The notes beneath the pieces were generated by a model that saw nothing but the letters and a program-made list of their open reading frames with translations, was not told the DNA's origin and made no database searches. A stretch of 64,000 nt of DNA from Bacteroidales bacterium (GTDB lineage: Bacteria > Bacteroidota > Bacteroidia > Bacteroidales > WCHB1-69): the NCBI GenBank assembly GCA_045132055.1, contig JBGURP010000055.1, forward strand, positions 104,372 through 168,371. Reading direction: 5' to 3'. Both the position numbers and the translations under genes were made by a program. Shown piece after piece: positions 18,816 through 30,786 of this stretch (its first letter is position 1; each line of letters begins with the position of its first letter).

Positions 18816-20633
18816 ATGCAGGAAATTAGAAATATAGCAATTATTGCCCATGTTGACCATGGCAAAACAACCTTAGTAGATAGAATTTTGTACCAAGCTC
18901 ACCTGTTCCGCGATAACCAACAGGTGCAGGATTTGGTGCTCGACAATAACGATTTGGAACGCGAAAGAGGTATCACCATTCTTTCCAAAAACGTTTCTGT
19001 GCGCTACAAAGGTGTCAAGATCAATGTGATTGACACTCCGGGACACAGCGACTTTGGCGGTGAGGTGGAACGCGTGCTCAACATGGCCGACGGCGTGTTG
19101 CTCGTGGTGGACGCCTTCGAGGGCCCCATGCCGCAAACGCGCTTTGTGACACAGAAGGCTATTGAGCTGGGATTGAAACCCATCGTAGTTATCAATAAAG
19201 TTGATAAACCCAACTGCCAACCCGACCTTGCGCAGGAGGCCGTTTTCGAACTGATGTTCAATCTCGGTGCTTCGGACGATCAGCTGGATTTCCCGACCGT
19301 CTATGGCTCCGCCAAGAACGGCTGGATGGGCCCCGACTGGAAAACGCCGACCTCTGATATCTCCTACTTGTTGGACACCATCGTGAAATACATTCCCGCG
19401 CCCAAGGCCGAACCTGGTACATTGCAGATGATGATTTCCTCTTTGGATTACTCCTCTTATGTGGGTCGTATCGCCGTGGGTCGCGTGAAGCGTGGCTCCA
19501 TCTCCTGGGGCCAGAACGTCTCCCTCGTGAAACGTGACGGCACTGTGCAACAATCCAAAGTGAAAGAGCTTTACGTGTTTGAAGGTTTAGGCAAGGAGAA
19601 AATCAAGACTCCGGTGGAAGCCGGCGAACTCTGCGCTATTTTGGGGTTGGATGATTTTGAGATAGGTGATACCGTAGCCGACTTCGAGAATCCTGAACAA
19701 CTGCAGCCCATCAAGGTGGACGAACCGACCATGAGCATGTTGTTTACTATCAACAACTCCCCGTTCTTTGGCAAGGAAGGCAAGTATGTTACTTCCCGCC
19801 ACTTGCGTGACCGTCTGTTTGCCGAGTTGGAACGTAATTTGGCCATGCGCATCGAGGAAACCGATTCACCCGACCGTTTGAACGTGTATGGACGTGGTAT
19901 TCTCCACCTCTCCATCTTGATTGAGACTATGCGCCGCGAGGGTTATGAATTGCAGGTGGGCCAGCCGCAGGTTATCATCAAGGAGATTGACGGCCAAAAG
20001 TGCGAGCCTATTGAGGAACTCACCGTGCTGGTGCCAGAGGAGATGTCCAGCCGTGTCATCGATCACGTGTCGCGCCGAAAAGGCGAGATGTTGAGTATGG
20101 ACACGCTCAATGACCGTGTGCATTTGACCTTCACTATTCCTTCCCGTGGTTTGATCGGTTTGAGCAACCAGTTGCTCACCGCCACCGAAGGTGAGGCTAT
20201 TGTGTCGCACCGTTTCATGGAGTTCCAACCGTGGAAGGGCGAGATTCCGGGTCGCCACGCCGGTTCTTTGATTGCGATGGAAACGGGCCAAGCATACGCT
20301 TATTCCCTCAACAAATTGCAAGATCGTGGCCGCTTCTTCATCGAGCCTAACGACCAGGTGTATGCCGGTCAGGTTATCGGTGAGCATATCCGTCAGGGAG
20401 ACTTGGTGATCAACGTGTGCAAGTCCAAGAAGCTTTCCAACATGCGTGCAGCGGGTTCTGACGAGAAGCTCGTGCTCGCTCCGGCGATCAAATATTCCTT
20501 GGAGCAATACATGGAGTTCATTGCCAAGGACGAGTACTTGGAAATCACCCCGCAATCGCTCCGTCTGCGCAAGATCATCCTCGACGAGCTCGAGCGCAAG
20601 CGTGCTGAAAAGCGCGCCGATTCTGCCGAGTAG
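18816..20633 (+). CDS. typA: Translational GTPase TypA/BipA
   Basis: 605 aa from [19 protein letters not shown] with G-domain motifs DTPGH and NKVD. Confidence 0.93.
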   Translation: MQEIRNIAIIAHVDHGKTTLVDRILYQAHLFRDNQQVQDLVLDNNDLERERGITILSKNVSVRYKGVKINVIDTPGHSDFGGEVERVLNMADGVLLVVDAFEGPMPQTRFVTQKAIELGLKPIVVINKVDKPNCQPDLAQEAVFELMFNLGASDDQLDFPTVYGSAKNGWMGPDWKTPTSDISYLLDTIVKYIPAPKAEPGTLQMMISSLDYSSYVGRIAVGRVKRGSISWGQNVSLVKRDGTVQQSKVKELYVFEGLGKEKIKTPVEAGELCAILGLDDFEIGDTVADFENPEQLQPIKVDEPTMSMLFTINNSPFFGKEGKYVTSRHLRDRLFAELERNLAMRIEETDSPDRLNVYGRGILHLSILIETMRREGYELQVGQPQVIIKEIDGQKCEPIEELTVLVPEEMSSRVIDHVSRRKGEMLSMDTLNDRVHLTFTIPSRGLIGLSNQLLTATEGEAIVSHRFMEFQPWKGEIPGRHAGSLIAMETGQAYAYSLNKLQDRGRFFIEPNDQVYAGQVIGEHIRQGDLVINVCKSKKLSNMRAAGSDEKLVLAPAIKYSLEQYMEFIAKDEYLEITPQSLRLRKIILDELERKRAEKRADSAE

Positions 20634-20666
20634 ACGTTGCTCTCCCCAATACCGAAAATATCAGAC

Positions 20667-21647
20667 ATGAATGAACTCATCGAAATACTGAGCCACTGGG
20701 GTACGCGCCGCGTGATGGTGCTGACCGACACCAATGTGGCTGGCCTTTACCCGCAGTATTTCGAGGCGCTGTCGTCGGTTTTCGAGTGTCAAACCATGGT
20801 GGTTCCAGCCGGAGAAGAATCCAAAAACGTGGAGCAATTGACACGGATTTGGAATCGGATGCTGGATTTCGGGATGGACCGTAGCGATACGCTCATCCTG
20901 TTCGGTGGCGGCACGATTTGCGACTTGGGCGGTTTTGCTGCAGCTACCTTCAAACGCGGAGTGCATGTGGTGAGTTGTCCAACCACCTTGCTAGCCATGA
21001 TTGACGCGGCGGTGGGCGGCAAGACGGGCATCAACTTTGAGCACATCAAAAACTGCATCGGCGTAGTGCGCCAACCTGACTACATCCTGCCCGCCAATCC
21101 TGCCTTTTTGCACACTTTGCCCGATTCGGAACTGAAAAGTGGGTTCGGAGAGATGATCAAATATGCCCTCATCGCCTTGCCGGATTTGTTTCAGCAACTG
21201 TGTGCTATCAGAATACTGACCGCCGAAGCTATCCGTCCCGAATGGATAGAATGGTGTGTGGATTACAAACAGAAAGTGGTGGCGTTGGATCCCGAAGACC
21301 ATAAGGAACGCCATGTTTTGAACTTCGGACATACCTTTGGCCATGCGCTGGAGAGTTTTTACTTGTCGGAAGGCATGCCCATCACCCATGGCGAGGCAGT
21401 GGCCATAGGCATGGTCTATGAAAGCCAGCTTTCGATGCAATATGCCGGTTTGAGTGAGATGCAGTTTGAACGGATTAAGGATTTGATTTCCCGGTTTTAT
21501 GATGTACCGGAGTTTTCAGATGACCTTCTCAAGCAATTAAGGCCATTTCTTCAGCAAGACAAGAAAAACAGTGGCGGTGAAATCAATTTCACTTTGTTGC
21601 GTGAGATTGGCAACGCTACGATAAACAATTTTATACAGATAATTTAA
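20667..21647 (+). CDS. aroB: 3-dehydroquinate synthase
   Basis: The GGGTICDLGGFAAATFKRG and DAAVGGKTG motifs are typical of AroB. Start chosen at MNELIEIL. Confidence 0.88.
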   Translation: MNELIEILSHWGTRRVMVLTDTNVAGLYPQYFEALSSVFECQTMVVPAGEESKNVEQLTRIWNRMLDFGMDRSDTLILFGGGTICDLGGFAAATFKRGVHVVSCPTTLLAMIDAAVGGKTGINFEHIKNCIGVVRQPDYILPANPAFLHTLPDSELKSGFGEMIKYALIALPDLFQQLCAIRILTAEAIRPEWIEWCVDYKQKVVALDPEDHKERHVLNFGHTFGHALESFYLSEGMPITHGEAVAIGMVYESQLSMQYAGLSEMQFERIKDLISRFYDVPEFSDDLLKQLRPFLQQDKKNSGGEINFTLLREIGNATINNFIQII

Positions 21648-21659
21648 AAGACAAAGAAT

Positions 21660-22445
21660 ATGCTTAAGACAAAATCAGACATTGTGCAAAATTGGCTCCC
21701 GCGCTATACGGGAATGAAATTGGAAGAGTTTGGTGAGTACATTTTGCTGACTAACTTCCAGGACTACGTCAACAACTTTGCGGAGTTGATGGGCACCGAA
21801 GTGAAAGGTGAGGGCCATCCCATGAAGTGTGCGACGAAGGACAACATTACCATCATCAATTTCACGATGGGCAGTGCCAATGCAGCCACCATCATGGACC
21901 TGCTTACGGCCATCAAACCCAAGGCAGCTCTGTTTTTGGGCAAGTGCGGCAGTTTGAAGGCCAACATTGGCATCGGCGAGCTGTTGCTTCCCATCGCGGG
22001 TATTCGGGGTGAAGGTACTTCGTTGGACTATTTTCCGGAAGAGGTGCCTGCGCTGCCGGCGTTCAACTTGGAAAAAGCTATCTCCACCACCATCCGCGAT
22101 TATGGTTTGGATTACTGGACTGGTACGGTCTATACCACCAACCGTCGTGTGTGGGAGCACGATGAAGAATTCAAGGAGTATCTGCGCGACATTCGTGCCA
22201 CGGCTGTGGATATGGAGACAGCCACGCTATTTTCTGTGGGCTTCTACAACCGCATACCTACCGGCGCCTTACTGCTGATTTCCGACCAGCCCATGCTACC
22301 CGACGGAGTGAAAACAGAAGCCTCTGACAAGCTGGTAAGTAAAAACTACAGTGTACGTCACTTGCAAATCGGTATTGATTCCCTGAAACAGCTAATTAAC
22401 AAGGGAATGACAGTGAAACATTTGAAATTCGATTACGACGAATAA
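21660..22445 (+). CDS. AMP nucleosidase-like nucleoside phosphorylase (PNP_UDP_1 family)
   Basis: 261 aa. Resembles the short Bacteroidetes AMP nucleosidase catalytic domain (FLGKCGSL, VDMETAT). Confidence 0.7.
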   Translation: MLKTKSDIVQNWLPRYTGMKLEEFGEYILLTNFQDYVNNFAELMGTEVKGEGHPMKCATKDNITIINFTMGSANAATIMDLLTAIKPKAALFLGKCGSLKANIGIGELLLPIAGIRGEGTSLDYFPEEVPALPAFNLEKAISTTIRDYGLDYWTGTVYTTNRRVWEHDEEFKEYLRDIRATAVDMETATLFSVGFYNRIPTGALLLISDQPMLPDGVKTEASDKLVSKNYSVRHLQIGIDSLKQLINKGMTVKHLKFDYDE

Positions 22446-22479
22446 AAAAAAGAACGGTCATTTGACCGTTCTTTTTTTG
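22444..22479. terminator. Bidirectional intrinsic terminator
   Basis: AGAACGGTCA/TGACCGTTCT stem flanked by A and T runs. Confidence 0.7.
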
Positions 22480-22498
22480 TCAAACAGGAAGTCCTGTA

Positions 22499-23137
22499 TT
22501 AGAATGTGTAACCAATCTTAGCCTGAATACCACCGTTGAAGGCGTTAGAACGCTCAAGGTTATAGTGGCCAGTACCATCAAGCACATAGTGATTGATAGG
22601 ATTGCTTCTCAAGAAAAAGCCAGCATTAAAAGAGAGGGCTTTGTATCGGAAACCGGAAGCAATAGTGGCGTATAGGCCGAAACCGGTTTTATTCTTGTCA
22701 GATGCAGGATAATCATAAATTATCCCATCATAATACTGTCCGTTGTAATAATCGTCGTAGTAATCAAAGTTTCCGCTGAAGATGAACGTGGCACCTGCTG
22801 CGATGTTGATAAGGGGTTTGATAGCCTTTCCGCGATCAAAGTAGTGGCGGTAGTTCAAGAACATCGGAACACCGTGACCGGCACATATGTCAACGGAGTA
22901 GCCCAAACCGATACCGATTAGGTCTTGTGTATGGTTGAAGAGAATGCTGTTGATGAGCAAGCCTTCAAAACCGACATTGGTTTGCTGGGTACCGCCTTGA
23001 GAACCGCCACCCAGATATAATCCGTATTCATTGATCATGTTATACGAAATCTTCTTTTCCTGATTTTCTTGAGCAGAAACAGACAAAGTGGCGCACAGTA
23101 AAAGTGCAGTCACAAATAACGATAATACTTTTTTCAT
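22499..23137 (-). CDS. Outer-membrane beta-barrel protein (porin-family, hypothetical)
   Basis: Signal peptide, alternating aromatic/Gly-rich strands, and C-terminal ...KIGYTF ending in Phe. Confidence 0.6.
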   Translation of the reverse strand: MKKVLSLFVTALLLCATLSVSAQENQEKKISYNMINEYGLYLGGGSQGGTQQTNVGFEGLLINSILFNHTQDLIGIGLGYSVDICAGHGVPMFLNYRHYFDRGKAIKPLINIAAGATFIFSGNFDYYDDYYNGQYYDGIIYDYPASDKNKTGFGLYATIASGFRYKALSFNAGFFLRSNPINHYVLDGTGHYNLERSNAFNGGIQAKIGYTF

Positions 23138-23183
23138 TTTTTTTAAAATCTTAGAAAATTTAAAAAATAATGATAATTATGAA

Positions 23184-24218
<1,035 letters not shown>

Positions 24219-24263
24219 TTAATTATAATGCGTTTTTAGGACTGCAAAAATAAGAATATTATT

Positions 24264-25478
24264 CTATCGGTCAACATTTTTTCTCAATTCGGTTTCATAA
24301 TCCAAAAGAAGATTCCGAATATAATCTAATTGCTTTATAGTAAATTGGTTAAATCCAATTTCAGGATGATACCAGTCGGGTATTTGGGAAGGCTGCCAAA
24401 GGGAGAGGTTTTGGTGCAGGGCAATTTCGTCTTCCATTGGGCGCGTTTGCTGCTGCCGGCGCACAAACTGGAGCGTCCGCAGGCCGTCTGCCTTTTCGTG
24501 GAACGCCTGTATGAAGTGGGGAAGGTCCTTCACGTTCTGCCGTATGCTTTGCCATAAGGAGACTTCGGATTTGGCACTCTCCTGCAAGAAATCCAGAAAT
24601 TCGGTGTGCACATCCTGATGATAGAGTTGAGGCAATAGGGCGAAAGTCTGGGCAATGGGCTCAAACAATGAGTGATGGTACAATGGATAGCTGTTCCAGT
24701 CGCCTTGGTTCCCCTTCATCATAGCGGGGCCGGTGCCGAAGGCCACGCGGGTGGAGTAGCGGGCGGCGGGATAGACCATCTCTTCGTTATACAACCCGAT
24801 TGTGGCCATCTTGCGGAATTTTTGCACCAAATAGAAGTCTTCGCCGCTCTTCAGGGGCGTGATGTTGCCGATTTTGTGCAAAGCACTCGCGCGCATTGCG
24901 ATGGCCGAACCCAAGGCAGTGAACCCGTAGGGGCTCCCGATTCGGAGCAGGTTGATGGCGTAGTTGCGCATGTAGAGCTCATAGCGCAATATGGCCCTGT
25001 CGCGCGCCTCGTCGCCCGTAAGCGGATGATAGTAAGGTACAGCAATGGTTGGCCACTCAGGATGACGTGCGAAATTGTCCGCGATGGATTGCAAATAGTT
25101 CGGATTGATGCGCGTGTCGGCATCCAAGCTGATCAGGATGTCTTCAGGGTTGGCTTTTGCTAAAATATTGTCGAACAACATCTTGCGTGCCCAACCCACG
25201 CCAAAATCTTTTCCTCTCCAACCTTTTCCAGGAGAGGAATAGTCTAAAATCTGTAACGAAACATCTTGATACTGACGGAGATAGCAAAGCAATTGCTGGT
25301 TGCGTTCGCATATCTCTTTCTTGTCAGGCTGTTGCCAGTACTCCTCTGGCTGATTCACGCAGACGTGGACCTCAAAAGGCACACGAACCTGCTGGACTGC
25401 TAAATCCTGCAAGGTAAGCGGCAGGTCCTGCAACTCATCCATGGCCGGAATGGCCACATAGATGCGTGAAGTCGCCAT
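24264..25478 (-). CDS. Glycosyltransferase family 2 protein
   Basis: 404 aa with an N-terminal GT-A fold pattern and a DAD motif (SLDADTRI). Confidence 0.7.
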   Translation of the reverse strand: MATSRIYVAIPAMDELQDLPLTLQDLAVQQVRVPFEVHVCVNQPEEYWQQPDKKEICERNQQLLCYLRQYQDVSLQILDYSSPGKGWRGKDFGVGWARKMLFDNILAKANPEDILISLDADTRINPNYLQSIADNFARHPEWPTIAVPYYHPLTGDEARDRAILRYELYMRNYAINLLRIGSPYGFTALGSAIAMRASALHKIGNITPLKSGEDFYLVQKFRKMATIGLYNEEMVYPAARYSTRVAFGTGPAMMKGNQGDWNSYPLYHHSLFEPIAQTFALLPQLYHQDVHTEFLDFLQESAKSEVSLWQSIRQNVKDLPHFIQAFHEKADGLRTLQFVRRQQQTRPMEDEIALHQNLSLWQPSQIPDWYHPEIGFNQFTIKQLDYIRNLLLDYETELRKNVDR

Positions 25479-25855
25479 TATTTCACCGTGATTACCACAT
25501 CGCGGGTGCGGACGGGCTCATTGATGTTCTGGCGGGCATAGACAAACTTTATAGTCTGCGTGCCTTTTTCCTTGGCCGTGAACTTCCAGAAAAGCTCGGA
25601 GGATGCACCTACCATGCCTTCCGGGGCGTTGCTCTCATAACGTTTGTCCACAGATTCTACCACCGTAATTTCATCGGCGTTGGCTATCTGCCACCAGAAA
25701 CCGGTAGAGGCATTGGTGCGGAACTGGATTTCGCAGGATTGACCTTTCTTAAGTGCCACTTCATTGGTCTCTTTGTTCACCGAAACCAATTCTTTTTGCG
25801 ATTGACATCCAACCATCAAGCTTACAATAATGCCAATGAAGAGTATCTTTTTCAT
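25478..25855 (-). CDS. Chagasin-like peptidase inhibitor (I42 family) lipoprotein
   Basis: Lipobox VGC and the motif NASTGFWW, resembling the chagasin NPTTG(Y/F)xW loop. Start taken at MKKILF. Confidence 0.6.
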   Translation of the reverse strand: MKKILFIGIIVSLMVGCQSQKELVSVNKETNEVALKKGQSCEIQFRTNASTGFWWQIANADEITVVESVDKRYESNAPEGMVGASSELFWKFTAKEKGTQTIKFVYARQNINEPVRTRDVVITVK

Positions 25856-25886
25856 ATTTGTATGGTTTTTCAAAAATCTCTAATCT

Positions 25887-26666
25887 TTAATCTCTTATCT
25901 CTAATCTCTTAGCAAGGTCCTCGTAGTCCTGAACTGTTAATTGCTCGGCGCGTTTGTTAAAGAGTGGGCTAGAGGTAACTTCCTTGGGAAAGGGTAGTGA
26001 TTGCAGCGCGTTGCGCAGTGTTTTACGGCGATAGTTGAACGCAGTTTTCACGATTAGTTTAAAAGTGACCTCGTCGCAATGCAGTTTCTTGTCGAAGTTG
26101 CGCGTGAGCCGCACCACGGCAGACTTCACCTTGGGCGGCGGGTTGAACTCGTTTTCTCCAACCGTGAAGAGATATTCTGTGTCATAGAAAGCCTCCAAGA
26201 GTACGCTCAGGATGCCGTATTGCTTGTTGCCAGCCTTGGCGGTAACCCGCTCTGCCACCTCTTTTTGGAACATGCCCACCACCTCCACTGCTTGGTCTTT
26301 GTAATCGAGCACCTTGAAGAGGATTTGCGAAGAGATGTTATAGGGAAAATTGCCCACAATGACGAATTTGTCAGAATAGCGTTCAGCCAAATCCATACGG
26401 AGAAAATCGCCAGCGATGAGGTTTTCTCCTAATTGTGGAAAATGTTGTTGCAAATAAGCCACAGATTCTTCGTCCAATTCCACCACAGAGAGGTCGGCGA
26501 ATGGTTGTTGCAGCAAATATTGGGTCAACACGCCCATGCCGGGGCCGATTTCCAGCACATGTGCGTCGGGTGTGCGCACGGCTTCTGCGATTCTCCGGGC
26601 AATATCTTCATTCTTGAGAAAATGTTGTCCCAGTCTCTTTTTTGCTCGAACTTTATCGTTATACAT
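25887..26666 (-). CDS. rsmA: 16S rRNA (adenine1518/1519-N6)-dimethyltransferase
   Basis: 259 aa with KKRLGQHFL, the SAM-binding EIGPGMG, and NFPYNISS. Confidence 0.92.
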   Translation of the reverse strand: MYNDKVRAKKRLGQHFLKNEDIARRIAEAVRTPDAHVLEIGPGMGVLTQYLLQQPFADLSVVELDEESVAYLQQHFPQLGENLIAGDFLRMDLAERYSDKFVIVGNFPYNISSQILFKVLDYKDQAVEVVGMFQKEVAERVTAKAGNKQYGILSVLLEAFYDTEYLFTVGENEFNPPPKVKSAVVRLTRNFDKKLHCDEVTFKLIVKTAFNYRRKTLRNALQSLPFPKEVTSSPLFNKRAEQLTVQDYEDLAKRLEIRD

Positions 26667-26668
26667 GG

Positions 26669-28543
26669 CTATTCTATGGTATCACCACGCAGCGCGCGGT
26701 AGTGTTTGCGGGCCTCCACCACGTAAAGGCTGCTGCTGTAATTTTGCATGATTTTGAGATAGTATTCCATTGCTTTGGGAATATCCTTGAGGTAATACTC
26801 GTACAATTCCGCCAGTTTGAACACAGCATCATCGCCCAGCAGTTCCTCGCCGTGCTTTTCCTCAATTTGTTTCAGAAGAGCCTCTGCCCCGAGATAGTTT
26901 TTCTGCTTGATGTAGATGAGCGCTTTCTGGTACAAAGCATCGTCCACCAACGTGCCCATCGGCGACAAGGTGATGACGGAGTCGAGTTCCACCAGCGCCT
27001 GTTCATCCTTGTTTTGGAAGATGAGGAAATCGGCTTCGGCGTATTTTTTCAACGGCAGATTAGTAGAAGGTTTTTCAAACAACAAATAAGTAGTATCTTC
27101 ATCCTCTTCCTCTTCTTCATCCTCTTCTTCCAGATTGTCGGAGATTAACAGGGAAAAGTAGATGGCGTCATTGGATACCAGTTTGGATGTGGCAGCGCTG
27201 AGCACGTCGAGCTGGCTTTTGGCCCACTCAAACTCGCCGATGTAGAATGAAAGCTTGGCATTTTTAAATTTGGCTTCATTGCCCAAAGCATCGTTGGGCA
27301 TGTCTTTGTCCACCTGCGAATAGTTGAGCGTGGCATCCCACACGTTGCCCATGTAGAGCTGCACGTCCGCAATGTCAATCTTGTACTGGTTCTTTTCCTT
27401 GGCTTCGCGGGTGTTGCTCATGGCCTGGTTGAGAATATCGATGGCCTCTTGAGGTCTGTTGACATAGAATGCCAACAGGTGCGCATATTTCCGAATCCAG
27501 TCCATGGAACCGGAATTGATGCCGTTTTCATCGATGACAGTTTGATAATCTTTCATCAGACGGACGGCTTCTGTCATTTTGACCGGAGAAGTGGAGGTTA
27601 GCTGTGAATAGCGCACGTCCAGAATCTTCATTCTGGCTTGTTTGTAGTTGAACACACCGTCGCCGAGGTTGATGATGTATTCCAAAGCTTCAATGGCGGT
27701 GGGATAATCGCGATTGTCGGCAGCCAGGCAGGCCAATTCGTAGGTTTTGACACATTCGGTCTTCATCCGCTTGTCGATAGCCTTGGCCAGTATCAGTGCC
27801 TCGCCGTACTCCTTGTGCAGCTGGTTAACCCAATACAGAAGGGTGAGATAATTGAGGTTGGTGGGGTTTTTCTGGATGATTTTTTGCAGATTGACCTTCA
27901 CCGTGTTGTACTTCTGGTTGTCTTCGTCGTCCATGAGCAGATTCTGGATGGCAGTCTTGGCCTGATCCATGTATTTCTGCTCGTTGTCGTCTTTCACCAG
28001 CGACAACACTTCTTCAATCACCTTGTCTGTCTGGCGTTGGTACTGATACAGGTTGATGAGCTCCTTGGACAAGAGTTGCGGATTGTTCATCAAACGTCGC
28101 CCTTTTTGGATGGCGTCAATGGCATAATCGATTTTCATTTTAGAGTAGAAGGCGCTGTAAAGTTCTTGCACCGCATACTCTTTGGCCTGCAGGTTTTTCA
28201 GCAGATCTTGATACTGCTTCTCAGCCTTGGCATTGTCGCCGGAACGCTCATACACATAACCTAGATCCACCTTATACCGCTGAACATTCGCGAAATTCTT
28301 GATCTGCTTCTTGACCAGCTTTTCCAACTCGTTGTATCGCTCTAATTCGAGCAAAGCGTTGTAGTAGTAATAGTAGATGTAAGAAGATGGTTTTTTAGCT
28401 TGGATCTTCTCAAACAGCTCAATGGCTTTGTCATACTCTTTGTCCTTGTAATACTGCAAAGCAAGCTTTTCGTCGTCGCTTTGTTGGGCGGCGAGCGAGC
28501 CTAAAGAGACTAGCAGCAGCAAAAGGAAGAGTATGCGCTTCAT
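26669..28543 (-). CDS. Secreted TPR-repeat protein (hypothetical)
   Basis: 624 aa with a signal peptide, TPR-like helical repeats throughout, and an internal acidic run. Confidence 0.6.
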   Translation of the reverse strand: MKRILFLLLLLVSLGSLAAQQSDDEKLALQYYKDKEYDKAIELFEKIQAKKPSSYIYYYYYNALLELERYNELEKLVKKQIKNFANVQRYKVDLGYVYERSGDNAKAEKQYQDLLKNLQAKEYAVQELYSAFYSKMKIDYAIDAIQKGRRLMNNPQLLSKELINLYQYQRQTDKVIEEVLSLVKDDNEQKYMDQAKTAIQNLLMDDEDNQKYNTVKVNLQKIIQKNPTNLNYLTLLYWVNQLHKEYGEALILAKAIDKRMKTECVKTYELACLAADNRDYPTAIEALEYIINLGDGVFNYKQARMKILDVRYSQLTSTSPVKMTEAVRLMKDYQTVIDENGINSGSMDWIRKYAHLLAFYVNRPQEAIDILNQAMSNTREAKEKNQYKIDIADVQLYMGNVWDATLNYSQVDKDMPNDALGNEAKFKNAKLSFYIGEFEWAKSQLDVLSAATSKLVSNDAIYFSLLISDNLEEEDEEEEEDEDTTYLLFEKPSTNLPLKKYAEADFLIFQNKDEQALVELDSVITLSPMGTLVDDALYQKALIYIKQKNYLGAEALLKQIEEKHGEELLGDDAVFKLAELYEYYLKDIPKAMEYYLKIMQNYSSSLYVVEARKHYRALRGDTIE

Positions 28544-28551
28544 TGGGGCGG

Positions 28552-29823
28552 TTAGTCGATAATGTCGAAATGGGTGTAAGGACGAAGCACTTCGGGCACG
28601 ATGATGCCATTGTCGGTCTGGTAGTTCTCGAGGATGGCGGCGAGCACGCGCGGCAGGGCAAGTGCACTTCCGTTGAGCGTGTGCGCGAGACGAGTCTTGC
28701 CAGTGGAATCTTTATATCTCAGTTTCAAGCGGTTAGCTTGGTAGGATTCGAAGTTGGACACGGAGCTGACCTCCAGCCATTTCTGCTGGGCTTTGGAATA
28801 GACTTCCAAGTCGTAGGTGAGGGCGGAGGTGAAGCTGATGTCGCCACCGCAGAGACGAAGCACGCGGAACGGGAGACCTAGTTTCGTGAGCAGACCCTTG
28901 GCGTAGTTGGTCATCTTCTCCAAAGTCTCGTAAGAACGGTCAGGATGCTCAATCACCACAATCTCGATTTTGTCGAACTGGTGCAGGCGGTTGAGGCCGC
29001 GCACGTCCTTGCCGTAGGAGCCGGCTTCGCGACGGAAGCAAGCGGAGTAAGCGCAGTTCTTCAACGGAAAATCGCTCTCTTTGAGGATCACGTCGCGGTA
29101 AATGTTGGTGACGGGCACTTCAGCGGTCGGAATCAAATAGAAATTATCGACTTGGCAGTGGTACATCTGACCCTCTTTGTCGGGCAATTGGCCCGTGCCG
29201 TATGCGGAGTCTTCATTTACCATGTAAGGCGGCTGGATTTCGGTGAAGCCTGCGGCGATGGCGCTGTCAAGGAAAAAGTCGATGAGCGCGCGCTGCATGC
29301 GGGCACCTTTGCCTTTATAGACGGGGAAACCGGCGCCGGTGATCTTGTTGCCCAGTTCAAAGTCGATGATGTCGTATTTTTTCACCAAGTCCCAATGGGG
29401 CATGGCATCGTAGTCAAAGTTGGAGGCATCGCCTTCGGTATAGACGATTTCGTTATCCTCAGCGCCCTTGCCCGGAGCCACAGCGGGACTGGGCAGGTTG
29501 GGCAGCAATACCATCTTGGTTTGCAATAGTTCTTCCTGCTCTTGCAGTTTGGCACGATCCACTCTCTCGGCTTCTTTCAGCTCGGCCATGCGGGCTTTCA
29601 AAACCTCAGCCTCGTCGCGCTTGCCCTCTTTGAAAAGCTGGCCAATCTGCTTGGCACCTTGGTTTTGCTCCATCAGGTTGTCATCCAAACTCTTTTTAAG
29701 GGTACGGTTATCGGTATCCAACTGACGAATTTCATTTACTAAATCAGTGGCATCGAAATTCTTGATTTTCAGTCTGTCAATTACTTCTTGAGGATTTTCA
29801 CGTAATAGTTGTATCTGTAACAT
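28552..29823 (-). CDS. serS: Seryl-tRNA synthetase
   Basis: 423 aa with an N-terminal coiled-coil arm and class II motifs (FRREAGS, GSALA). Confidence 0.95.
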   Translation of the reverse strand: MLQIQLLRENPQEVIDRLKIKNFDATDLVNEIRQLDTDNRTLKKSLDDNLMEQNQGAKQIGQLFKEGKRDEAEVLKARMAELKEAERVDRAKLQEQEELLQTKMVLLPNLPSPAVAPGKGAEDNEIVYTEGDASNFDYDAMPHWDLVKKYDIIDFELGNKITGAGFPVYKGKGARMQRALIDFFLDSAIAAGFTEIQPPYMVNEDSAYGTGQLPDKEGQMYHCQVDNFYLIPTAEVPVTNIYRDVILKESDFPLKNCAYSACFRREAGSYGKDVRGLNRLHQFDKIEIVVIEHPDRSYETLEKMTNYAKGLLTKLGLPFRVLRLCGGDISFTSALTYDLEVYSKAQQKWLEVSSVSNFESYQANRLKLRYKDSTGKTRLAHTLNGSALALPRVLAAILENYQTDNGIIVPEVLRPYTHFDIID

Positions 29824-29844
29824 TGGTCTAAAAATTTAAAGGTG

Positions 29845-29852
29845 CAAAGATA
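29845..29852 (-). promoter_or_regulatory. -7 promoter box (TATCTTTG on the minus strand) for the serS operon
   Basis: The reverse complement of caaagata matches TAnnTTTG, 21 nt upstream of the serS ATG. Confidence 0.5.
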
Positions 29853-29895
29853 TAAAAAATGAGGTGAAAGAGGTACAAGGGGTAAATGGGGTAGG

Positions 29896-30786
29896 TTAGG
29901 ATCTTTCGTAGCGTGTTTCGCGAAGCAAGCGGAAATGGTCGGGTTGCACTTCATCCTGGATGAATTCTCTGGCTGAATTTTCCTTGCCGTTTTCATCGTA
30001 GGTATATTCTGCCCAACCTTGAAGTTCGTTGTTTTTGTTGAAAAGAGAATTCTTTACCACAAGGTTGCCTTCGTATTCCATCGTGATTTTGCGGTAGCTG
30101 TCCAAATCCTCGGTTTCTGTTTCCGTCAATTGATTATTCTCATTGTAAGTGCGGTAGGTTTTGGCGATGAGCATGTTCTCATAGTCGTACACCAACTCCT
30201 TGATACAGTTGTTGCGGTCATCGTAGGAATACTCGTACGTCCGGCGGTCTTTGTTTTGGACCTCGTCGCGGATATATTTGGAAAACAAACCTTTTTCATT
30301 GTATTCGTAGGAGTGGATGTTCATGGTTTTGCCATAATCGTCGTTTTCAAACTCTTTGATGAGCTGGCCGTTCTGGTAGTGCATTTCTCTTTCCACGTAA
30401 TCCAGTTTGCCATCGTCGTACATCTCATGGCGCAGCAAATGTCCATCTTCATCATATATGAAGCGGGTGACATACTCAGTCTCACCCTCGCCGAAATAGT
30501 TGCTTTGTTGCACTATCAATCCTCTTTCATCGTAAGAATTCACGGATTTTTGAAGCAAAATATTGTCTTGGTCAAACTGTTCGGCTTGGATGAGTAGCCC
30601 TTTCTCATCGTAATAGTTGATGGTGAGGGTGTTGCGATTGCCATCGGGGTCGAAGCGTTCCTCGCGGACAATTTGTCCAGCCTCGTTGTAAGAGGCTTCT
30701 GTTTCCACATATTCCACTTTTTCGATATCGGCTTCATCGTACCCGATGCGCTGATATTCTGCTTTGACTATTTTCAGATTTTTCAT
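29896..30786 (-). CDS. Cytoplasmic protein made of YD-like beta-hairpin repeats (hypothetical)
   Basis: Repeated YxYDxxGxLI-like units (NYYDEKGLLI, SYDERGLIV, IYDEDGHLL, YEYNEKGLF, YTYDENGKE). No signal peptide. Start at MKNLKI. Confidence 0.5.
   Translation of the reverse strand: MKNLKIVKAEYQRIGYDEADIEKVEYVETEASYNEAGQIVREERFDPDGNRNTLTINYYDEKGLLIQAEQFDQDNILLQKSVNSYDERGLIVQQSNYFGEGETEYVTRFIYDEDGHLLRHEMYDDGKLDYVEREMHYQNGQLIKEFENDDYGKTMNIHSYEYNEKGLFSKYIRDEVQNKDRRTYEYSYDDRNNCIKELVYDYENMLIAKTYRTYNENNQLTETETEDLDSYRKITMEYEGNLVVKNSLFNKNNELQGWAEYTYDENGKENSAREFIQDEVQPDHFRLLRETRYERS

Noticed and set aside
27085-27125. A GAA/GAG/GAT-rich run that might be a repeat element
   Set aside because: It encodes an acidic EEEDEEEEEDED linker within the TPR protein. 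It is protein-level low complexity, not a separate DNA feature.
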